Notes under the pieces: model-generated | Told to the model about the DNA's origin: nothing | Database searches by the model: none | Seen by the model: the letters and a program-made list of their open reading frames with translations, nothing else | From: Lachnospiraceae bacterium | GTDB taxonomy: Bacteria; Bacillota; Clostridia; Lachnospirales; Lachnospiraceae | Direction of reading: 5' to 3' | Length of the DNA stretch: 64,000 nt | Assembly (NCBI GenBank): GCA_017511045.1 | Contig: JAFWLM010000015.1 | Coordinates: 77,707 to 141,706 of the forward strand | Program-made: the position numbers and the translations under genes | Shown: positions 28,368-37,021 of the stretch, in pieces | Layout of the letters: each line of letters starts with the position of its first letter | Numbering within the stretch: the stretch's first letter is position 1

Positions 28368-29471
28368 TCATGCCCATGGGCCAAGCTGATGGTTCTTATA
28401 AAACGGCACATCGTATGCAAAATACTGGCCCATCACGATCGGCATTCTCGAGTGATCCGCAATACTCGGAAGAGCAATATAGCTTCCCTGTGGTGCCAGA
28501 TTATCTGTGGTTCCTTTTAACGACGCGATGATCTTTTCCGGAGTTGCATCTGGCTGATCGATCACCTTCTGGTTATCCATGCCTCCAACCAGTGTGATGC
28601 GGCTTTGGTATTTTGCCGGATCTTTATGGACATTCACATTGCCGGTCTGAACCGGATCCCAGGCATCGACCCCGATCTCGATCAGATCCTCTACGATCGG
28701 ATCGATGCATCCGCAGGAATGGTGCTGATAGATCAGTCCCATATCATGGACAGCTTCCACCATCCGCTTCAGGTTCGGCTTAATAATGCGGCGCCAGGTA
28801 TCCGGGCTCATCAGCATGCGGTCTGAAGAGCCATAATCATCATGTGCGTTGATGATATCCACCGGATAGTTTTCTCCAACCTTTTGGAAGAATTTGATTT
28901 TATAGTCAGCTGCTTTTTCAAAATATGCATATGCTGCGTCTTCATCTTCGGCTAGCGCGATCAATGCATTATCAAATCCCATCATGGCGTGAAGACGTTC
29001 GAACATTCCGTTCAGGATCATGGCCATTCCCATTTTGTTTGGGTCATAAATACTCTGCCCGTCTTTCATATAAGTTTTCTGGCCTGTAGCGCCTGTTACC
29101 ATCATATCGATACGCATATCATCCTCGGCCCGCGCTTTCCAGTCAATCGCATCTAGATCAGGAAATCTCACGTGCGATTCCCAGTCCGCAATGTCTTCAA
29201 AAAGATGTTTGCCCGGAGTCGGCATCGGTGCGCCCATTTCTTCAACATAGGTCCACTCTACGCCCCAGGCATCTTCCCCTTTATCATGTCCAAAATAACG
29301 TTCTACTTCCATCACCGGCTGAACGGTCCAAAGATCTAAAAAGATATTCGGAATCCAATACGGAATCTTATGGTCGTAAGCCATCTTGGCATTTTCCCGT
29401 GGTGTAATACCCGCTTCTTTCTGCAGCATAAATGCAGCTTTACCTGCTTCATTCATCATTGGTCCCGGCAT
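28368..29471 (-). CDS. URO-D family protein (MtaA/CmuA-type methyltransferase-like)
   Basis: A HHSCG motif plus downstream acidic and His residues, as in the zinc-dependent MtaA-like branch. Start moved to MPGPMM (ATG 29471), which is preceded by GAGGAGG. Confidence 0.6.
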   Translation of the reverse strand: MPGPMMNEAGKAAFMLQKEAGITPRENAKMAYDHKIPYWIPNIFLDLWTVQPVMEVERYFGHDKGEDAWGVEWTYVEEMGAPMPTPGKHLFEDIADWESHVRFPDLDAIDWKARAEDDMRIDMMVTGATGQKTYMKDGQSIYDPNKMGMAMILNGMFERLHAMMGFDNALIALAEDEDAAYAYFEKAADYKIKFFQKVGENYPVDIINAHDDYGSSDRMLMSPDTWRRIIKPNLKRMVEAVHDMGLIYQHHSCGCIDPIVEDLIEIGVDAWDPVQTGNVNVHKDPAKYQSRITLVGGMDNQKVIDQPDATPEKIIASLKGTTDNLAPQGSYIALPSIADHSRMPIVMGQYFAYDVPFYKNHQLGPWA

Positions 29472-29546
29472 TTCCATCCTCCTCTGCCTGTTATCCATTT
29501 TTCATTATGGAGACAAAGAACTGTCCCCTGTCTCCTTGTTCGATAT

Positions 29547-29586
29547 AAAAAACCCCCTCACCATCATTGTATTTGACGGTGAGAGG
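29547..29586 (-). terminator. intrinsic terminator after the LysR gene
   Basis: Minus strand CCUCUCACC ... GGUGAGGGG followed by U6. Confidence 0.6.
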
Positions 29587-29612
29587 AATGTTAAATTACG
29601 AGAGTGCAATAG

Positions 29613-30542
29613 CTATTGCGCTTTAAACATATCTTCTTTTCTTTCACTGATAAAGCGGAAAAACTGTTTTGCCGGGCTGTCAGGGGCATCGTCCTTACGC
29701 GACAGGATACATAGCTCATACCTTGGTTCACCGATCTCCCGGGCACAGTAAAGCGGATTAAAACGCTCCGGATGATATCTTCCGCTCAGGGCGATCTCAT
29801 CATCCTCCTGCAGATTGATGACGATGTCTCCAACTTCATGAAAAACTGTTTTCATGCGTGGAGAAATGTGGTTTTCTTCGAAGAAATTCCGTGTGAATTC
29901 CGCATGGCTTAAGACTGCATCTGTCGAATAAACCACAATATTCTGTGCTTTCAGATCATCAATTAAAAGCGGTTCTTTTTGGGAAAGCGGATTGGTGCGC
30001 AGCATATATAAAACCATAGGGGAAAGCGTTAATAGCTCTTTTTCCATTCCCTGATCTGAAGCCTCCGGAGCAAAATACTGGAAGAGGATATCCACCTCCT
30101 TACTGTTCAGCATTTTTTCCGAATCATTATCGTCTGTCCTTGAGATCGTGATTTCGATCTGCGGATGGCTTTCTTTAAATTCTCTGAGAATCGGATGAAG
30201 TTCCGGCATGATGTTTATAATCCTGCTCATCCCGATCTGGAGCTGGTCCATCTTTCCTTCCTGTATCCGGGCGCCCTTATAGACCGCTTCTTCCATATAC
30301 TGATAAAAGTTTTTCCAATCGGAATAAATACTGCGGCCCGCCGGAGTCAGGCTTACCTTATTGGTGCTTCGGATAAAGAGCTGGATTCCAAGTGCATCCT
30401 CAAGAGACTTGATATTCCGGCTCATCGCAGACTGAGTCACCCCGCAAAGTTCTGCAGCTTTAGTAAAAGAAAGCGTCTCTGCCAGCTTCAAAAATAATTT
30501 CACCTGAAATAAGTTGAAACTCAAGAAATCAACATAACGCAT
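29613..30542 (-). CDS. LysR family transcriptional regulator
   Basis: N-terminal HTH (FTKAAELCGVTQSAMSRNIKSLE) plus a LysR substrate domain. Confidence 0.85.
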   Translation of the reverse strand: MRYVDFLSFNLFQVKLFLKLAETLSFTKAAELCGVTQSAMSRNIKSLEDALGIQLFIRSTNKVSLTPAGRSIYSDWKNFYQYMEEAVYKGARIQEGKMDQLQIGMSRIINIMPELHPILREFKESHPQIEITISRTDDNDSEKMLNSKEVDILFQYFAPEASDQGMEKELLTLSPMVLYMLRTNPLSQKEPLLIDDLKAQNIVVYSTDAVLSHAEFTRNFFEENHISPRMKTVFHEVGDIVINLQEDDEIALSGRYHPERFNPLYCAREIGEPRYELCILSRKDDAPDSPAKQFFRFISERKEDMFKAQ

Positions 30543-30546
30543 AGAC

Positions 30547-31065
30547 TCAGTTCCTCAGTTTTCCGGCAAGGATCTGTAACAAAACTCCAAATACGATCAA
30601 GCCGAGCAGGAAAAGCTTTCCTCCAAGAGTGGAAAAGAAAGCCATGAGATTACCAACCCCTCCGAAATGGTGAGTCATTAATCCGACAAGCCCGGTATAA
30701 GAAACCGGTTCCAGATCTTCCATCTCGTTTGCATCGCCCTTCGTAATAAACTGCCGTGTTTCAGACTGGTTCTCCACCACTCTGTGAGTGACCACCGTTC
30801 CGTTTTTACGGAATGCGATGATATCTCCTGCCTGAATCTTCAGCGGATCTGCCTTTTTTATGATCACAAGGCTTCCCACCGGCACCTCCGGCTCCATACT
30901 TCCGGAAACAACCGTAAAGACTTCCCGACCCATAAGTTTCGGAACAAATACCGGAAGCAGGCAGGCGATCACAAAGAGGATCAGAAGGATCCCTACAATA
31001 TTGGAAATAGCAGCAACTGCGTTCACTTTGTTTTTATTCAGTTTATTCTTCGTCCTGGCTACCAT
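30547..31065 (-). CDS. signal peptidase I (SipW / archaeal-type)
   Basis: TM anchor, SGSMEP catalytic Ser box and the TKGDAN box. Confidence 0.8.
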   Translation of the reverse strand: MVARTKNKLNKNKVNAVAAISNIVGILLILFVIACLLPVFVPKLMGREVFTVVSGSMEPEVPVGSLVIIKKADPLKIQAGDIIAFRKNGTVVTHRVVENQSETRQFITKGDANEMEDLEPVSYTGLVGLMTHHFGGVGNLMAFFSTLGGKLFLLGLIVFGVLLQILAGKLRN

Positions 31066-31133
31066 AAAATATATTATAGTGGAATTCCATTTACTTTAAA
31101 ACCCATGAATGTCTTTCATTTCCAAACTTTTTC

Positions 31134-31162
31134 TTTACATTATATCTAACGAATGTTAGAAT
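31134..31162 (+). promoter_or_regulatory. promoter TTTACA-17 nt-TAGAAT for the lysA leader
   Basis: -35 at 31134-31139, 17 nt spacer, -10 at 31157-31162. Confidence 0.5.
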
Positions 31163-31184
31163 CTCTGCAATTGAACAACGAAAT

Positions 31185-31345
31185 TAAAGGATAGAGGCGC
31201 AGTTGTCATAAGTAGTTGATGCGTGAAAGCTGAGCAAGGCGATGCTGATACGAAAGGGGCCGCTGCCGAAGGAAAGGGGATTGCATCCCGATCCTGGGCA
31301 AAGGGAGAACATCTCTTTGACTGTCGCATTTGCGGGGAGCTATGG
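31185..31345 (+). promoter_or_regulatory. lysine riboswitch (L-box) aptamer
   Basis: The conserved L-box blocks occur in order: AGAGGCGC, AGTA, GAAAGGGG, GCCGAAGG, CCTGGG, CTGTC, GGGGAGCTA. It lies directly upstream of lysA. Confidence 0.85.
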
Positions 31346-31373
31346 ATTAATGGACGATTATTTTAGTTCTGTT

Positions 31374-31399
31374 CCGGTGCAAATGCGTACCGGTTTTTT
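31374..31399 (+). terminator. riboswitch expression-platform terminator
   Basis: CCGGUGC-AAAUGC-GUACCGG stem followed by U6, 17 nt before the lysA ATG. Confidence 0.7.
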
Positions 31400-31416
31400 A
31401 TTGAAAGGATTTCAAA

Positions 31417-32742
31417 ATGACAAACGAAACAAATACGAATTTCATTTGTGACAACATTAATGTCAACGAGCAGGGGCACCTGACCTTTGCGGGTCTTGAT
31501 ACTGTTGATCTCGCAAAAGAGTTCAAGACTCCTGCGTACATCATGGATGAGGCACGTATCCGTCACAACTGCCGTGTCTATACCGATGCGTTTAAAGAGC
31601 ATTTCGGCGGCGAATCCCGTCCGCTTTATGCCAGCAAAGCAAACTCATTCAAGTATATCTATAAAATAATGAAAGAAGAAGGCATGGGCATCGACGTTGT
31701 ATCCAGCGGCGAGATTCTCTGTGCTTATAAGGCCGGCTATGATCTCAGCATGGCTTATTTCCACAGCAACAACAAAACTGACGATGACATTTCCTTCGCG
31801 ATGGAACTCGGCATCGGCTACTTTGTCGTTGACGGATTCGAAGAACTCCATGCAATTGAAGAGGAAGCCGCAAGAAGAGGCATCATTCAGAATATCCTTC
31901 TTCGTATCACTCCGGGTATTGACCCGCATACCTATGTCCAGGTCAATACCGGTACAGTCGACTCCAAGTTCGGAACCGCAATCGAAACCGGCCAGGCGGA
32001 CGAGATCATCCAGGAAGCATTGAATCTTCCTCATATCAATCTGATCGGTTATCACTGCCATGTCGGCTCCCAGGTCTTTGCAGAAGATGTCTTTGAACGT
32101 GCGGCAGTTGTTATGGTCCGCTATATTGCTCACATTTACAGAGAGTACGGCTACATGGTAAAACAGCTCAATATGGGCGGTGGCTTTGGCGTCCGCTATG
32201 TGGATACCGATCCGTATCTGAATGTCAGTGAAAAAATCGCCGATCTTGCAGATGCGATCCACGCAACCTGCGCAAAAGAAAAGATCCCGGTACCGACGAT
32301 CGTAATGGAGCCCGGCCGCAGCATTGTTGCAGATGCCGGCATGACGCTCTATACTGTCGGTTCCGTAAAGAGAATTCCGTATTACAAGAACTATGTTTCT
32401 GTTGATGGAGGAATGACCGACAACCCGCGTTTCGCACTTTATGGTTCCAAGTATACCTGCTATACCGCGAACCGAATGAATGAGGCCCGTGACATGAATG
32501 CAAACGTTGTCGGCCGCTGCTGCGAAAGTGGTGACATCATCCAGAAGGATGTGGCGCTCCCTGTAAGCACCGAGCGCGGTGACATCGTAGCGGTCTGCAC
32601 GACCGGTGCCTACAACTACTCCATGGCTTCTCACTATAACAAGATCCCGAACCCGCCGATCGTTATGATCACAGACGGCAAGGCACGCGAAGTTGTACGC
32701 CGCCAGACTTATGAAGATCTGATCAGCTTAGATGTTGAATAA
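31417..32742 (+). CDS. lysA: diaminopimelate decarboxylase
   Basis: 441 aa with a fold-III PLP decarboxylase pattern (YASKAN lysine motif, GGGFG, CESGD). Confidence 0.95.
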   Translation: MTNETNTNFICDNINVNEQGHLTFAGLDTVDLAKEFKTPAYIMDEARIRHNCRVYTDAFKEHFGGESRPLYASKANSFKYIYKIMKEEGMGIDVVSSGEILCAYKAGYDLSMAYFHSNNKTDDDISFAMELGIGYFVVDGFEELHAIEEEAARRGIIQNILLRITPGIDPHTYVQVNTGTVDSKFGTAIETGQADEIIQEALNLPHINLIGYHCHVGSQVFAEDVFERAAVVMVRYIAHIYREYGYMVKQLNMGGGFGVRYVDTDPYLNVSEKIADLADAIHATCAKEKIPVPTIVMEPGRSIVADAGMTLYTVGSVKRIPYYKNYVSVDGGMTDNPRFALYGSKYTCYTANRMNEARDMNANVVGRCCESGDIIQKDVALPVSTERGDIVAVCTTGAYNYSMASHYNKIPNPPIVMITDGKAREVVRRQTYEDLISLDVE

Positions 32743-32769
32743 GCTTTTCGTAAATCCCCTAGACGAAGC

Positions 32770-32806
32770 AAAATCCGGACAACGAAATGTCCGGATTTTG
32801 TTTTTT
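32770..32806 (+). terminator. intrinsic terminator after lysA
   Basis: AAAATCCGGACA-ACGAAA-TGTCCGGATTTT followed by GTTTTTT. Confidence 0.75.
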
Positions 32807-33028
32807 CTTGTTTGCAACATCACAAACACTATGGTTCACAAGAAAAGTTGAAAAACGCCCTGTTTTTCTCTATGAAAACAAGGTATTTTGAATGGTTTTT
32901 CTAATAATTCTTGTTTCGTGCCCTATAAACACTAAGGAAAACAAGAAAGTTCAGGTATGTTCTTGTTAGGTATAGCCTTCACCAAGCCAGAAACAAGAAA
33001 ACAACAGATCTATCGTTTTCTTGTGTGA
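32803..33028. repeat. inverted-repeat array, locus 1 (TTTCTTGTT / AACAAGAAA half-sites)
   Basis: CTTGT cores at 32807, 32910, 32962 and 33020. ACAAG cores at 32838, 32878, 32941 and 32993. The core spacing 31-72-31-21-31 is identical to locus 2. Confidence 0.7.
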
Positions 33029-33049
33029 AACGAATAAGTTTTATACTTC

Positions 33050-35203
33050 TTAGTTTCCGCTGTTAAAGAGCGCTGAAAGTGTATCCCCCTTCTCTTCGAA
33101 GACGTTCAGCACATATTTATTCCAATGGCGCGCATCTTTCGTGCGGCTGCCGAAAACATAATCTTCCTGACCATAGTCCATAACATCAAAGCCCGGGATT
33201 GCTTTGCTGGCACCGGCAGTTCTGTACGCTGCAATATCTGCCAGGGAAAAACTTGCTCCGTTGTTTGCATCATAGCTGACCCAGTCTGAAATATCCGTAC
33301 CGCCGGCTTCTGTCGCTTCTCCGTTCGCAGTTTGCTCGGTCGGTGCAGCTTTCGTAATTTCCACTGCTCCTTCCACATGTTTTCCATACATGGTATCCAC
33401 ATAAAGCGCAAAGGAATCTCCCAAAATTTCAGATGGCACATGTCCGCCGTCCCACTGCCACTCGATATCCGCATCCGTTCCGGCATTCAGCCATGCGATC
33501 TGCAGATTTAGAGAATTGAACATTGAAATGTCCCCTTCTGACGCGCCCATCAGGATCCGCGTCCACGCAGGGTTTTCTGTGCCTTCTGCTCCGATATAAT
33601 TCATCGGGTCGTAAAGCTCTACAATATTATTTCCATAGTCATCGCCGGCCTCAACCTCTGCGATGTCTTCTTTATAAGCTTTAACCATCTCATCAAAGGA
33701 AGCATAATTTGCAGAGTCCTTTTGACTGCTTGCGGACTGTGTCGTTCCGGCATCCGGGGTTCCGACCATTGGTGCTCCACCGCTCGGAGGCCCTCCGTTG
33801 GCGAAATCCGGCGGGAACCTACCACCAGGACCTCCCATAATATTGCCGGAGCTTCCTTTTGCATAACGCCCTTCCAGAAACGCCTGGATTTTATCGGTTT
33901 TGGAAAGCAACGCAGCTTCGCCATCAGAATACTTCGCCCCGTTTGAGCCGAACCAGGTCCAGTCTTCCGCATATGCAAGACGGTCCAGATAGTCTGTCAG
34001 GCTCTGTTCAAATTCTGCCAGATAGAGATTCAGATAGGTGCCGCCATAGCCGTTTGTTTCCGTGCCATAAGCGTCTGTACTCTTTTGAATGGAAAGATCA
34101 ACAACATCGGTCTTGCTTCCATTCCCATTAATATCAAATCCAAGTTTCGCCTCATCGACCGACCATCCCTGCTCATAAATATACTGTGCATATTCTTCCG
34201 CCAGGTATTCTGCCAACTGCTTTTGGAACGGTGTGTTAAAACTATACGTGCCGTCCAGATAGTATTCAAATGCCATCGCCATATCGGCCTGCGCTAAAGA
34301 GGTGATCGCACTATATGCCATGCATCCCCACATGCCATCAGAAATCTCTACATCCTGACCGTCAATCGTCACTGCTGTGGAATAGCTGCCGTCATCATTC
34401 TTATAAACGCCGACTGCACCGGCTTTGATTTCATAATCATAGAAATCCGGATGATTAGATGTCGCTGCCAGCATTGTTGCATGTGCGCCGCCACCGGAAC
34501 CACCGGTTGAGACAAAATAGTCCACACAGCCCGGAAGATTTCCAAGCAGAATATTATATTTTACGAAACGGACCGCATTTTTCTGATCGACCAGACAGCA
34601 AGGCGCATCACCGGTGTATACGGTATCTCCGTTTGCATCGGTCATTGTACTCTGCTTCCCACGGTTTCCACAGGCCACATTGATATAACCCTCCGCCGCA
34701 TAAGTGGAGCCTGCATTCTGGTTCTGCTGCTCGCTGTATCCTGCCGCTCCCGTGTTGATAATGACAGGTGCGGTAGCAGCTGTATAGACCTGCCCATTAG
34801 TGCTGGTAATACTTGCATCATAATCAATGATCAGATCGCCTTTATCCTTTCCTTCAAATGTATCCTCTTTTCCGTCGCTATTCGTATCAAGCCCTTTCAC
34901 ATAAGCACCTGGAACACAGACGGAAACACCCTGTTCATTTTCAATCTCCGGCAGGACAACTGCCGTAACCGGACTCAGTGTCCAGGAATCAGTGTTTGCA
35001 GAATAGGTCCACTCTGAATCCATGTTAGTCAGGTTCAGCTCCTCTTCAATTGCTTGCTTCCCGGGATACTCTCTGGCAACCGCCGGAGCAGGTGCAACAG
35101 CACTGCCTGAAGATCCGTTTCCTCCGCTTGCAGTGCCGCCACAGGCACTAAGTCCGGTGCATAGAGTTATTGCTAATACCGGTACAATCAATTTTATTTT
35201 CAT
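33050..35203 (-). CDS. secreted lipoprotein, putative tannase-like alpha/beta hydrolase
   Basis: Lipobox LSACGG. The STGGSGGGAHATMLAATSN segment resembles the GxSxGG nucleophile region of bacterial tannases. The call is made by resemblance only. Confidence 0.4.
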   Translation of the reverse strand: MKIKLIVPVLAITLCTGLSACGGTASGGNGSSGSAVAPAPAVAREYPGKQAIEEELNLTNMDSEWTYSANTDSWTLSPVTAVVLPEIENEQGVSVCVPGAYVKGLDTNSDGKEDTFEGKDKGDLIIDYDASITSTNGQVYTAATAPVIINTGAAGYSEQQNQNAGSTYAAEGYINVACGNRGKQSTMTDANGDTVYTGDAPCCLVDQKNAVRFVKYNILLGNLPGCVDYFVSTGGSGGGAHATMLAATSNHPDFYDYEIKAGAVGVYKNDDGSYSTAVTIDGQDVEISDGMWGCMAYSAITSLAQADMAMAFEYYLDGTYSFNTPFQKQLAEYLAEEYAQYIYEQGWSVDEAKLGFDINGNGSKTDVVDLSIQKSTDAYGTETNGYGGTYLNLYLAEFEQSLTDYLDRLAYAEDWTWFGSNGAKYSDGEAALLSKTDKIQAFLEGRYAKGSSGNIMGGPGGRFPPDFANGGPPSGGAPMVGTPDAGTTQSASSQKDSANYASFDEMVKAYKEDIAEVEAGDDYGNNIVELYDPMNYIGAEGTENPAWTRILMGASEGDISMFNSLNLQIAWLNAGTDADIEWQWDGGHVPSEILGDSFALYVDTMYGKHVEGAVEITKAAPTEQTANGEATEAGGTDISDWVSYDANNGASFSLADIAAYRTAGASKAIPGFDVMDYGQEDYVFGSRTKDARHWNKYVLNVFEEKGDTLSALFNSGN

Positions 35204-35315
35204 TTCTTCCTCCTGATTTATGCACGAAAGAGAGACAAAACAGCCTTTGTCTCTCTTTAATATAATAGAATCTGATAGCCCCGTATATTCGTTTTTATGT
35301 TGTCGCTTTACAACA

Positions 35316-35639
35316 TCAGACCGACAACAGGTAGGCCTTGATCTGCGTTAAGATTTCCTCCACGCCCTTCCGGTCGCTGAGCAGGTTATATATCCCATCT
35401 TCGGAGAGTGCACCGCGGTCAATATCCTCCGGAATCAGTCCGGCCTCATCATCCGCAAAATCTTTCAGCCAGTCTTCGCTGTCATAATACGCAGACAACT
35501 CATCCATGTTATCGATCTCGCCCTCATATTTTTCGAGAGCTTCCGCCAGCTGGTTCATTGCAGTTTCCAAGTCCGTACACGCCTCCTGTGACGACTTCAG
35601 CATAGCACTCATTTTTTTGATTCGTTCAATCTGGTTCAT
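35316..35639 (-). CDS. DUF4298-like small helical protein
   Basis: 107 aa acidic helical protein. Start set at MNQIERI. The family assignment is from memory of the sequence pattern. Confidence 0.4.
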   Translation of the reverse strand: MNQIERIKKMSAMLKSSQEACTDLETAMNQLAEALEKYEGEIDNMDELSAYYDSEDWLKDFADDEAGLIPEDIDRGALSEDGIYNLLSDRKGVEEILTQIKAYLLSV

Positions 35640-35650
35640 ATCTTTTCTCT

Positions 35651-35884
35651 CTAGTTCTGACTCTTCTGTCTCTCTTCCACCTGTGCCTTGATCCAATCCA
35701 GGATTTCCTCCGGAGAAAGATCAGCCTTTTTTGCAAGATCTTCAATCGTGGATTTTTTAATAAAAGCTTTTCCAATCGGATTATTCAGCACTTTAAATTT
35801 CGGATCCAGCTTGACTGCCTCATCCATCAGCCATGGAAATGCCTGCATCAGTTCTGATAGTTTCGTGCTCTTACTTATTATCAT
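35651..35884 (-). CDS. DUF1858-domain protein
   Basis: 77 aa. The motifs KSTKLSELMQAFPWL and STIEDLAKKADLSPEEIL are typical of DUF1858 (ScdA_N-like). Confidence 0.55.
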   Translation of the reverse strand: MIISKSTKLSELMQAFPWLMDEAVKLDPKFKVLNNPIGKAFIKKSTIEDLAKKADLSPEEILDWIKAQVEERQKSQN

Positions 35885-35971
35885 TTTGACACCTCACATA
35901 ATTGCTTTTCTTTGTTTTTTCCATATGATTCTATTATAAAAATCCGGTCATCTGTTACGGTGAATCATCGT

Positions 35972-36853
35972 TCAGTTTTTGTATTGTTTCATTAACCCTG
36001 TTACATACTTATTACTCTTTTTCCATACCGCAACCACTTCCAATCCCAACTCTTCCGGCAGCTCATAAGCCCGAAGCCCGGGAACAGATTCGGCCGCCAG
36101 TTTTGAAAGCGGGCTGAATCCCAGTCCCAGTTTCACGTTCGAGATCAAAGTCGCAAAGTTGTCGACTTCTTCAATCTTGACTTTTTCTAATCCCAACCTT
36201 TTTAATGTCCGTATTCCATTTTCTGCCAAAAGATCATTCTCTTTGTCAGTGAGTTTAAAAAACGTTTCCTTTTCAAAATCTTTCAATGACAGTTTTTTCT
36301 TCCCTGCAAGCGGGGAAGAATCTGAGTAGATCAACGCACCGTCACGTTTTATCAGGCTCTTAACAATACACTCTTTATGGAATGCATCCTGCTTACCGTC
36401 CGGAAACCTGAGTTCAATCAGCATATCGATGGAATCTTCCATCAGCGCTTCCCTGTTCTCCCGGAAGGTATGGCGGCCCAGTTTAATATTCAGGCCTGGG
36501 GCAGTATTCCTAAGATAAGCATACAGGCGGGGAAGAAAATCCTCTGTCACGGCACCATCAAAACAACCGATCCGTAATGTGTCCGGACTTTTCTTTCCTG
36601 CGTTTACAGCTTTCGTAATCGCCTTTTTCAAATCTTCCAACACTATCCTGCAGTCCTTTTCAAATTCTTCTCCGGTCTTAGTCAGTTTAATTCCCGAAGC
36701 CGTCCTTGTTAGAAGATCCACGCCCAGTTCTTCTTCAAGCTGGTTCATCTGTTTGCTGAGCGCAGGCTGTGAAACAAAAAGCTGCTCTGCCGCCTTTGTT
36801 ATGCTCTTACATTCTGCTACAGTCAGAAAGTATTGAATCTGTATCAGCTTCAT
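35972..36853 (-). CDS. LysR family transcriptional regulator
   Basis: HTH (ITKAAEQLFVSQPALSKQMNQLE) plus a LysR effector domain. ATG at 36853. Confidence 0.85.
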   Translation of the reverse strand: MKLIQIQYFLTVAECKSITKAAEQLFVSQPALSKQMNQLEEELGVDLLTRTASGIKLTKTGEEFEKDCRIVLEDLKKAITKAVNAGKKSPDTLRIGCFDGAVTEDFLPRLYAYLRNTAPGLNIKLGRHTFRENREALMEDSIDMLIELRFPDGKQDAFHKECIVKSLIKRDGALIYSDSSPLAGKKKLSLKDFEKETFFKLTDKENDLLAENGIRTLKRLGLEKVKIEEVDNFATLISNVKLGLGFSPLSKLAAESVPGLRAYELPEELGLEVVAVWKKSNKYVTGLMKQYKN

Positions 36854-36952
36854 ATTTATTATCCTATCTTCATTGCTCAATAATACCCTGCATCTGAGCC
36901 TGAGTAATTCGTATGATTAGTATAACATACTCGAAGATAAAGTTGAGAAGAT

Positions 36953-36987
36953 AAAAAGAAGGAGAAGGCCCATATGAGCCTTCTCCT
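36953..36987 (-). terminator. intrinsic terminator after the arylsulfotransferase-like gene
   Basis: Minus strand GGAGAAGGC ... GCCUUCUCC followed by UUCUUUUU. Confidence 0.6.
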
Positions 36988-37021
36988 GAAGTTATGAAAA
37001 GAATCTTAAAGCACTTGGCAA

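Noticed and set aside
31645-32634. 329 aa minus-strand ORF
   Set aside because: It is antisense to lysA, which has unambiguous decarboxylase motifs and an upstream L-box. It is a shadow ORF.
32803-33028. Reading the TTTCTTGTT/AACAAGAAA arrays (here and at 57677-57900) as degenerate CRISPR arrays
   Set aside because: There are only three units per locus. The would-be spacers are related to each other (shared AAACACTAT-like core) and the would-be repeats differ in their centres. No cas genes or leader are present. The short TTTTGAATGGTT similarity to type II repeats looks coincidental.
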